The notes beneath the pieces were generated by a model. That model had not been told where the DNA came from. It did not search any database and saw only the letters and a program-made list of their open reading frames with translations. From the human T2T-CHM13v2.0 reference genome, Homo sapiens, in assembly GCF_009914755.1 (NCBI RefSeq), contig NC_060935.1: DNA of 64,000 nt; one strand, written 5' to 3'. Both the position numbers and the translations under genes were made by a program. Of this stretch, positions 1-11,090 are shown one piece after another; within the stretch, counting starts at the first letter, position 1, and every line of letters begins with the position of its first letter.

Positions 1-1750
1 GGGACTGCAGGTGTGAGCCACCATGTACAGCATATAATCATATTTTCATTTTCCAAATCTGGCAGCCCTAGATGGCAAGCCTGTGGAAGTGCACCTAGCA
101 CTGAGCAAATGCTCACTAAGCATTAGATGTTATGTTCCCTTATTATTCCCTTCGGGATTGAATTAATGACTTTGGCATTTGGTTTTGAAAAGATGGTTGC
201 TCTTAGTTCTGGGTCTCCTCAACCATCTGGAGTTAAATTGGGAGAGCCCAGCCACTGTGGTCACGGCGCAATGGAGCATCTCTCCTGGGGCATCTGACCA
301 CATAAGCCCAAGTGATCAAGGACCCACCACCAAGGCCACCTTCACCCGGCTCCACTCCCTCTCACCCTCTGCCTCTCAAACCAATCAATGCCCTTTGTGG
401 GTTACAGACATGGAAGCACAGAAACAAACATGGCTAGAGGGAATTGGCAGTTACTCAGGCCCACTGTGTGGTGGGCCCTGTCCCAGACCCCCCTCGTGTT
501 TTCTCACCGAATCCTCCCAGAAACTCAGTGGGTAAACCTGAGGACACCACCTACAAATTGGGGGTGATAATGCCTCCCAAACTCATAGAATTGTGAAGAG
601 GAAACGAGAAGATGAAAGTGAAGGCCATGAGCATGGGGTAGAAGATTGATATCTTTCTTTTTTCTCTTCTGCTTTTCTATTTTGATCTCCACTTTATCAA
701 TGCAAAAACTGACTTGTCCAGGGCTGTGCCGCTTGTAAATAGGGGAAGTGACTGAACACAGGCTGTGTCCTTCCCACGACACCACGCTACTCTTAAAGCT
801 GCATCCCCAGTTTTTGGTCTCACCTCCCCTGGTTCCTGGTGCCCTGCTGGCCTCTGACACTCTTATTCTTCCAAGCTGCACTCTCCTTCACAGAAGGTAC
901 CTCTTCCTCCAGGAAGCCCTCAAACCAGCACAAGGCTGAACACACAGCTGGAGAAAAGGACAGCATGGGCAGAGGATGCCCTTGGCTCACTGCCCTTCTC
1001 ACTCCTCCATGGGCCCAGCCTCCCTGGGGGTCCATTTCCCTTCCCTGGAATCAGCCAAGCACTGAGGGCTGGGTCATCTCCCAGCAAGCTCACCCTCTAA
1101 TAAGCCAGCAGGCCACATTTTGTTCTCCTTAAATAAATCTTATAGAAACATTTAAATGTTTATTTCACTCATAGATTCTCAGGAATGCACAATAGTTTTC
1201 CTAACCGCCTGGGCACAGGGATAAATATAGGCCAGTGTCATAGATGGGAATATTAGCTTCCTTTCCCCAGAGTCACATGGCTAGGCCCAGGCTAGGAAAC
1301 TGTAAGGAACACCCCCAGCCCCAGCTCCAGCCCACTCCAGCTCAGGCAGGCATGGGGGGTTTAGATCCTGTAGATGGGCGCTGGCAGACAGCCCAGGAGA
1401 GGAGGACCCTGCTGGAAGGCAATGTGGGCTAGTGAAGAAGTCGGGTAGGCCTAGACCACAATCCCACCTGGGTGACCTTGGGCAAGTTACTAGTTACTAA
1501 ACTTCTCTTTCATGGTCTAAAACATTACATAGAGCTAATAATCACTATTCTCTAGGCTTGTTTTAAGTATTAAATGAGAGAAAGCAATAATAATGACGGT
1601 GAAAGTGGTGGTGGTGGGTGCGTGCTGTGAGACTGTATCCCCAGATCCCTGTCTTGTAGCCTGGAGGGCAAACAGGGACTGCCTTGGTAGAGAGGAGATC
1701 CAGCAGCAAAAGCAGCCAGTGCTCTTACAACAGGATAAAAGGACTCTCTG

Positions 1751-2067
1751 GGCCGGGCACGGTGGCTCACGCCTGTAATCCCAGCACTTTGGGAGGCCGA
1801 GGCATGGCCTCGGTGGATCACAAGGTCAGGAGATCGAGACCATCTTGGCTAACACAGTGAAACCCCGTCTCTACTAAAAATACAAAAGCAAAATTAGCGG
1901 GGCATGGTGGCGGGCACCTGTAGTCCCAGCTACTCGGGAAGCTGAGGCGGGAGAATGGCGTGAACCCAGGAGGCGGAGCTTACAGTGAGCCTGATCGTGC
2001 CACTGCACTCCTCCAGCCTGGGCGACAGAGTGAGACTCCGTCTCAAAAAAAAAAAAAAAAAAAAAAA
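1751..2067 (+). mobile_element. Alu, full length (AluY-like)
   Basis: Dimeric Alu, long A tail, TSD AAAAGGACTCTCTG (1737-1750 / 2064-2077). Confidence 0.95.
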
Positions 2068-2344
2068 GGACTCTCTGGGGACTTGAAAGAAAATGATTAT
2101 CCCAGCGGCAAGTCCTAGGGGCACAGGAGAGAGCAGAAGTGCCTCTGCTGAGTTCTGCTGGACATGGGGCTCCTCCCTGCCAAGCATAGAGGGCCAGTTC
2201 CCTGGCTCCCCAAAGGCTCCCCGGTGTCTGCCCTATAGGCCCTCCCTTGCACCAAGGGCCTGCTCTGCCTCTGGTGGATCCTCTTTCCTGCCATTGTCCA
2301 TTTATTTCTAGAAGTCAGATATAAAGAACAACTGCCTTGTTCAT

Positions 2345-2562
2345 CACTGTTTTTACTCTCATGCCAACAGACTCTGGGAGTGTGGAAAAGCACACAATAT
2401 ATGTTAGCTTTATTCCAAGGAGAGTAACTCAGCTAGTCGTTCATCCGTCATATCTACTATCCTCCCTTCCTTCCTCCCTTCCTAACACTACTCCACCCTC
2501 CATTTCTTCTGCCTTTTAATGCAGTCATTTAGTCATCTAGCCAGCCAATTATCTACCCAACC
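2345..2562 (+). repeat. Dispersed direct duplication, copy 1 (~218 bp)
   Basis: Aligns end to end with 5105-5320. Confidence 0.95.
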
Positions 2563-5104
2563 TATCACAACACAATCAAGCATCCATCCACCTTTCCATC
2601 CATCCATCCCTCCCTCCCTCCCTAAGCTCCGACCGCATGCTGGAGCCTATGCTTATGGGTGGAGATACACATGTGAAAGGCACAGTCTGTGGCCCGCAAG
2701 TAGCTCACACATAGCCTGATGTGTGGAGACAGAAAAACAAAGAACAGCAATCTGTTTCATTGCTCACAATAGGAACTAAGGGAAAACAATTTTTATATGC
2801 ATTTCCGACTGTCTGTAACCGTCAACATTTCTAAAACACTTTCTGCCTTGTTTTAGGCACTTCCACGCTAAATTCTCACAGCTCTTACCCTGTGACCAGA
2901 ACCACTAGAGGCCAGCCTGGTGGAACTGTCCTCTTGAGCTCTTTTTTATAATGATGGAGCATCAAGCACCTGTTTCCCATGCATGGGGCCTCTGGTGTCC
3001 TAGCTAGGGCCAGGAAAGGAAGGAAAACCTGGCAGGATGACATCAGTGGGAAACTTGAGTTTGAATCTCTATTTGACCACAGCACAGCTAGGTGATCTTT
3101 GACAATTACATAAACTCTCAGAGACTCCATTTCTTCATCTAAAAAATAGAGATAATAATATCTACCTTGGAGGGATTAGACCACATACCAGGTGCCCAGT
3201 AGTTGCTACCATTATCTTGTATACCAGATACTAATATTTTATTGATAATTTATTTTAAATTATTTTATTGAAGGCCTTAATTGAGGCTGTTCTTGCAAAG
3301 GATGTGATGAGATAAGTAGAAATGAACTCAGAGAAGATGAATTCAAAATCCTCGATGGGAGCATCCAAGTACTTCCTGGTTTCTGGTGAGTATAGTGCCC
3401 TTACCTGCCTGTTTTCTCATCTATAAAGTGGGATAGCCATCATGCCTGTGTCTTGGAGTTGTCGTGAGGTTGCTATGTGTAAAGTGCCTAGAGCAGTGCC
3501 TGGCACATGGGAGGTACCGTATGAGGGTTCTCACTGGGGAAGCTGGGGGGCAGGGGGATCCCTACTCTACACAGTCCTTACCAGGTTCCAAGTGTTTTAC
3601 ATGCTTTATCTGGTTCCTCTTCATCTCATTCCTGACAGATAATTGATCCTTTGGGTCATACACCTTTTCTCTAGTCGGGCAGCACACGGTTCCCAAGGAG
3701 TTTCCAGGGAGGTACAGGCAGAACCTCTCTGTTGGCCAGTGAGGACAGGGCTTGAACAGCCAAAAGGAGTCAAATGGATAGAGAAGCTGGCAATCTGCCT
3801 TCAGCAGTAAAGTATATGGCTAAACTCGAGATATTCCCATAGACAGCGCAGAACAAGTCTCCTCCAGGTCCTGATGGGAGAAGGCCGTGGGAGAACACAA
3901 GAGCAAATTGGATCTGACAGAACTGGCATTTGGTAGTAAATCTACCAGGAAGTGAGCTTCCTGAGAGCAGGACCTTAGTTAGTTAATGCTCAATAAACAT
4001 TTATTGAGCAAATTCAATAAACATTGACTGAGTAAATGTACTTCAATTCCTCGATTCCATATTTATTGAGTGCCTACCATGTGTATGTGAATAATCATCC
4101 CTTGCCTCTGTGCTCAAACTCTATTGCATATAATGGGGTATTTTTGGAATAGAAATAGGAAAACAATTAATTATAGCCCATTTCCTCAGCTTACAACCAT
4201 GAGACAGTGGAATCCGGGCCTTGCTATTTCCCTATTATGTGATTTTCAGCAACTGGCTTAACCTTTCCAAGCCTCAGTATCCTGATCTGTGAAATGTGCA
4301 TAGTCATCACTACCATGTACGACTGCGTTCTGAAGGTTAAATGCTAGAAAACACTAGGAACCTGTGTGTTAGTTTCTTTCCCTTCATCTGGATAAGATAC
4401 CTAACTGCTCTAAATTCGCACTTTCATGGGGGTGACTCTCTCTGCTCTGTCTACCTCACAGTGGTTTTGCACTTGCAATGTCATTGCACTTGCAGTGACA
4501 CATGTGGAAACTTTTTGCAAACCGTTTTGTGCTATAGGGACTGAGCGCCTATTGTGAGCTAAGTACTTTGCTCATCACTTTATATATATTATTCCGGTAA
4601 TTAAAGTCAAGCTGCCTGGGTTTGAATTTAGCCTCAACCACTTCCTTAGCTATGTCACCCACTGCACATTACTTTTCTGTGCTTAAATTCTTTATCTGTT
4701 ACTGGAAATACTAATAGTTTTCCCAGGAGTATTGCGAGAATTAAATGAGATAATGTAACATATAAAACAAGCCTAATATGGTACCTGGCACATAGTAAGT
4801 TCTCCATAAAGGTTAGCTGTTGTTAGTGGCTATTCCTATAACTCTTAGTTTCTAGATGAGGAAACTGGGGCAAGGAATAATGAGGAATCACTTATCCAAG
4901 GTAGCAGTCAAGGATGTGAAGCCCAAGTTCTTCCTGCTCTGCCATGCTGCTTATACCTTACGTTTCTATGAGCCTTTCCTGTACCTTCTGGAACTCCCTG
5001 GCTGCTTGGTCATCCTCCTCTTCTTAAAGGACAGACAGGTTGGCTCTGAGCCCAGCCCACTGACTGAGGGTGTAAGCCAGGATAGGCCTCCTACAACCCT
5101 TGTC

Positions 5105-5320
5105 CACTGTTTTTACTCTCATGCCAACAGACTTTGGGAGTGTGGAAAAACACAGTATGTGTTAGCTTTATTCCAAGGAGAGTAACTCAGCTAGTCATTC
5201 ATCCATCATATCTACTATCCTCCCTTCCTTCCTCCCTTCCTAACATTAGCCCTCCCTCCATTTCTTCTGCCCTTTAGTGCAGTCATTTAATCATCTAGCC
5301 AGCCAATTATCTACCCAACC
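5105..5320 (+). repeat. Dispersed direct duplication, copy 2 (~216 bp)
   Basis: About 13 substitutions and one 2-nt indel relative to 2345-2562 (hand count). Confidence 0.95.
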
Positions 5321-5738
5321 CCAGATTTGTTATGGTGGCACTTACATCAGTCCCTATTTCTGAGCCAAAACAGGAGGAAGGCCAGCACCTCCATAGCCAG
5401 AGGTTCTAGGTGCTCCACAAGCAGATCCCTTCCTATAAGGGCCACACAAACAAGACTGCTTCTCCAGAGCACACTCCAACCACATCTCAGTTACTTAAAA
5501 GTTACGGGAGGGGAGGGGTGCAGATGCCACTCATCAGTGGAGTGCTGCAGTGACCTTAAGTCACAAGAGCTACTGCGTAACAGGGCTGAGCATCCATGTC
5601 TGCCTAGAGCATCAACGAATGAAACACAAAGTGGATGCTCGGAGAGACCCAGAGTGCCTCATGCATGTGGCCTAAACCAGGCAATAGCATGGTGGCCTGT
5701 GTTTCTAGGAGTTAACGTGCCCTTCCCCTTCCTCAATG

Positions 5739-5851
5739 TGTCCATGTCCCTTCCTCATTCTCCTTCAGCTAAGCAATCAGACAGCCCACTCAAGTTAAAG
5801 TTGGGCTGTTTGATTACCTGACTGAAGGAGAATGAGGAAGGGACATAGACA
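5739..5851. repeat. Inverted repeat, 50-bp arms, 13-nt spacer
   Basis: 5739-5788 vs reverse complement of 5802-5851: 44/50 identical. Confidence 0.95.
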
Positions 5852-6939
5852 GGCATGTGACATGCAGCTTTGGTTGCTGGCCCCACGAGCTTGTGCTCCT
5901 GAGGGGCTGGCAGGCAGAAGGGGTTTGGTGGTGCTTTGGCATTCCCCTGACAGCGAGCTCTGAAGTTGGCCCTTCTGAGGTGAGTGGCTTTGGGAACACA
6001 GGACAACGTACTGTTGGCCCAGGTCCCAGAGCTCTCACTGAGGACCCAGGGGCAGTAACAGTGCTCAGTGCGGGTATGGACTAAGCATGGGCTTTGGGGT
6101 CAGGCTGCCTGGGCCCAGATCCTGGGCCTGCCACTTATGAGCTGTATGACCTTGGAGGAAGGTAGTTAATTTCTTTGTGCCTCAGTTTCCTCAGCTATGA
6201 AATGGGAATGATAATACCTACCGTAAGGCTAATTATATGTTAAATGAGTTAATATGGTAGACGAGTATCTGGCACAGGGTTAGCTATTATTATTAAGTGG
6301 CTTTGTGTGCAGCGGAGGTAGGGGAACAGGGGAGGTGGTAGCTGGGTGCTGGAATGGGTGATATGAAGAGGTGAAGTCTGCTTATGAGTTCACACTGACC
6401 TGCCCCTGGGGGCTTCTAAAACCCTTTGGAGGAGGATGGGAGTTGTTCAGGTGGAAGCTAGAGCCGGTGAAAATTGGGCTCTTACAGCTAACGTGAGCCT
6501 CTTTGTACCCTCAGGTTTACAAGGCACTTCAGAGGATGCTGCACTGTCCGGGTGAGTCAGCTTCCTACTGTGGCTGCTGGTCACAGTCCAGGAACTCATC
6601 TAGGCCTAGGTAAGATTGCATCTGGAGCCTGGGGCCAGGTCTGGGGCCCTACAGTAAGGCGGAGATGGGCTGGTATGTGTCCTGAGCGGAGGTTAGGAAG
6701 GCTCTGAACACTGTCATGGGAGCAAAGACTGAAGAAACTAGAAAAAAAGAGACTCTGAGAAGACTCAGAACTGCCTTTCTGCATCTGTAGGATTTCACCC
6801 CACTATAGGTTGTATGGAGGGCAGAACCGAGGGAGAGTCTTGGGGGAGGCAGATTCCAGCTTGACCAGGACAGAGCTGGCCAACCAGTGCACAGGCTTCC
6901 TTGGGAGGCGGTGAGCTTTTCATTATAGAAATATTCCTA

Positions 6940-7251
<312 letters not shown>

Positions 7252-10200
7252 CTACAGATTCCTAAGACCTACCTCAAGAGATTCCAATTCAGTAGGTCTT
7301 GGATGGCTGAGGAATCTGGTGTTCAAAAAATTCCCAGGGTGACTGAGTGGGGCTCACGTTATAGAGAGCTTTGCCTGCCTGGGCGGAGCTTAGGTGTGAC
7401 CTGGGATTCTTCTAGCACTGGCAGTCTGTGATTCTGTGGTCCCCTCAGGTCCCAGGCTTGTGTTCTGACAGCTTCTATTCCTGCTAGAACCCCTTGGCTA
7501 CAAACTCTTCCCTTTGAGTCTCTCCCTGTTCAAGGGCCAATGCAGAAAACCCCACTCAGGACATAGCCTTACAAAGTGCATTGTTGGGGGGCTTTTTGTG
7601 GTATTTGATTGCAGCTTCTGATTAAGGACCTGAAGAGTACGTCTGTCTGTGCATGCCTGTGTATCTGCGTGTGTGTCTGTGTGTGTGTATGCGTGTGTAC
7701 GTGCAGAAAGAGAAACAGGATCTAGTCCTACAGATTTTGTGTTTGTGTGTGAGAAGGCCTCGGCTAGTGCTCATGCCAGTGATGGGAAATAGGGGCTGGG
7801 ACCTGAGGAATCACAACTAGGGCTGGACCCCGGGGAGCTGTAAACTTAGAAGGATGCTCTGTTCTTTGCCTGCTTCACAGACTGGGAATTCAGGCAGGAT
7901 TGGGACTTCCAGCCGAGTCATCCTGGCCAACCCCGCTTCCTTGGCTGCCTGGCCTCGGATGCTCCCAGGGACTCAGGTTCCAGCCCCCTGAAGGCTCCAG
8001 GCCAGCTCCTGAGGCCTGACCCTCCCGAGGCCGTGACTACCTGAGAAACCCAATGTGGGTGGTCTGGTGGGTGCAATAGTGGGAGAAGCACTTTACTCAC
8101 CATGCCTGGTTGCCTTCTGAAAAGCTTTGAAATGTCCAGGGCGTGGCAGTAAGGGAAGAGGGTAAAAGAAAGTTGAGTTTGATGTGGCCTTTGGTTGGGG
8201 GGGTCTGAACTGCCCCAGCTTCATGGTCCCTCAGGCTATAGAAGGCACTTGAGGGCTGGGCTGAACAGGCAGAGTCTAGGAGGCAGCAACTAACCCTTGT
8301 ACTGGGTAACACGTAAGAAACCAGCAGCACAGCAAAGTTAACAGACTTGGTCTCAAAGTTTCTTGGCCAAGACAAGGTCTCTTGACCAGAATGTAGAGGA
8401 GCTGGGATTGAAGCCCAGCTTGGTATGACTGCACAGTTTACATTCTTAAATCCTGTGCTAGGTATCCTCCCTGATAGGACCTGGGCTTCTCGGCTCCCGG
8501 CTCCCCTGAATTCCTGCTGGCCTTCCTAACCATCACAGCTTCAAAATGCATATAGGTACAGTGCCATTAGGTTGGCATGATGAATTTCTAGAGGTTGCCA
8601 CAATGGGGGGAGGGTTCCATGAGCTTGCCTGCCACAAAGTTGAGAGTAAGCGATCCCTGATTGGCTAGTGGGAGCTCCAAATTCCAGTTCCCCACAAGTT
8701 CAGTCTCCCTGTGACCCTGAGCCAGAACCAGACTCTTATTAAATAACGGATGGTCTCTGAAGGCCCTTCAAGTGCCATGATTCTCTCTGTGCCCATGGGA
8801 AATCAAGACTATAGAGAGAATGTTTGCAGGTACTGATAGCTTCTGCATTATTGGGGCCCAGCAGAAGGACCCATGAGGGAAGAATGCATGAGTGAACATT
8901 ATTTTTACAAATGGGTAGATTCTTAGTGAATATTCTCATGTTATGATTACATTTGTTTTCTTACACATTACAACTCTGGGAACTTAAATAACAAACACTT
9001 TAAAAAGAATGGCCCTTTGGATCTCCATATCCCAAACCCATGGGATCAAGATGTTGTAGAACTTGGCAGTCTTGTGGGTGGGGAGATGCCCTTCCCTTGA
9101 ATGTCTAAGTGACAGGTGTCTATGTTGTCTTGTTTTATGTTTCCTGAGGATATACTCTGAAAGAACTTTTAATTATAAAGCATTGTAAGCAGGAAGAATT
9201 TAATATAAAAGCCTGTCTTCACTGACAGCAGGGGTGCATCTTTGCTGATCTTTTATTATCTTATATTTTAGGAATGCTTTTAGTCTTGGGGCAGCTGTTT
9301 GGGGGAGTTGCCCAGGATTTAAGAGCTACATTTTGCCTGAGAATCTGATTCAAGGGTACTACCATTGTTAGTAAAGTAGAAGGGGCCAGGGATGGCCATT
9401 TTCAGAGGAGTCCAGGGCGAGGAAATAGGGATGCTAAGGAGACAGAGGCCAAGAAAGTCATGGCCTGAGGGTCTGGAAGCAGTCGCATTTGAATGCAGTT
9501 GTGAGTGTTTTGTCTCTCCTTTCCTTAATCCCCAAGCTTTTGGAACTTGGCACCCTCAGCAGCAGGACCCACTATTTCCCAGAATGGGGGCCTGGACTTG
9601 ATAAAACCCTGGGCTGGGCTGCCTGAGGCTGAAGGGCTAGGGGGTTGGCCCACTGTCACTTAGACATTCAAGGGAAGGACAACCCCCTCACCCCTAAGGC
9701 TGCCAAGTTCTGCAACATCTTAATCCGATGAGCTTGGGATATGCAGATACAAAGGGCCATTCTTTTCTAAGTGTTTACTATCTAAGTTCCCAGAGTCGTA
9801 ATGTGTCAGAAAACAAATGCCATCATAACATGAAAATATTCACTAAGAATCTGCCCTTTTGTAAAAATAATGCTCCACTTATAGATTCTTCCCTCACTTA
9901 AAAAGCGTCTATCCCACCTGGCTCAGGTCAGTTTGGATGACTGTCCGATATAACAGGACAATACCATTTCAATGCAAATCAACTGCAAAGTTCATGAAGT
10001 CAAAGAAAACAGTGATGGAGAATTTTACATGCAAGGTCTTTGACCAAGGAGATCAGATAGAGCTTATCAATTAAGTGAAGAAAATACGACGAGGATGATG
10101 CTCAAATAGGTTCTTCAAAAGGGAATAATTTGAATATCGAGGGACTGAAAGAGATCCTTGGGGAAATGGATGAAGCCCTTAAGTATTAAACAGACGTAGA

Positions 10201-10892
10201 CTCTTAATTAGGTGCTGTAAAGTAAAATGTGAAGAGCGAGTTACTATGTGAACAGATCACTTTGCTGGTATAATAAATAAATATACCCAAACCAAAATCA
10301 ACATTTTATTCTTTCTTCAATCTGAAAATTAGCACATAACCTATATTTTGTAATCTGTATAGCTAAAAATAGCTTGTTTTGAATGCCTCATTTGTACAAT
10401 AAAAATCTTGATGTCTCTTTAAATTAATCTGCTTTCATCATTTCCTTTCTATAATAAAATTTCACTGAAAACCTTTTTTGCTATTTACTATACAATTTTG
10501 ATCTCCATTTTAAGTGGATTCACTTTAAGTGGCCTTTTCTCGTGCCCACTCACCTGACATAAGAGGTTCTCAGTGCTAATGGTTCTCATATAAGTCCTTC
10601 TCCGGTTTCAGAGGGAGCCTGCATGGTTTGTGGTTTGACTTCTGAGGCCTCAGTCAGACACAGCCTAGATGGTTGGTTCTATACCCAGAATATTTGGGGC
10701 CTCGGTCAATTCAAACCAACTCAGAGTAATTGATTCCTCAGTATGGAAGCCACACACCTTCTCCAGGTACCCACTGCAACCTACATGAGCTGTCAGCAAA
10801 CCCTCTGGCCAGCCTAAAAGCTGTGGCCTCAGCCCAGGGTGCTTGGCTTGGCCCCCAGCCAGGCTAGCTGAGGGCAGGGAGGGGGCACTTAC

Positions 10893-11050
10893 TTGGCCGG
10901 CAGGGCTCTGGGCTGCCTGTGGCTCTCCGGGGGGCTCCTCGTCCTCGGGAATGTGGGGCATGGCAGCCTCCTGCTGGGAGTGGCCACGTGTGCCCGGAAC
11001 CTCCGCTGCGTCAGCCCCAAAGATGCTCCAAGAGGCCTGGGCTCCACAGG
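10893..11050 (-). CDS. IRAG1: IRAG1/MRVI1 coding exon 2 (158 nt; [53 protein letters not shown])
   Basis: Acceptor GTCTCCCCAG|CC at 11051/11050, donor CAA|GTAAGT at 10893/10892; 67+158=225 nt = 75 codons, phase 0. Peptide recognised as IRAG1. Confidence 0.95.
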
Positions 11051-11090
11051 CTGGGGAGACGCCAAAAGGACAAGTCAAATCCATTCCCAT
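10893..11090 (-). CDS. IRAG1: IRAG1 alternative N-terminus [13 protein letters not shown]... from 5'-extended exon 2
   Basis: In-frame ATG at 11090 within ORF 10665..11174(-); [10 protein letters not shown](I/V)SPACGAQ recalled as a human IRAG1 isoform start; upstream acceptor CCCTCTCCTAG|CC at 11181/11180. Confidence 0.8.
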
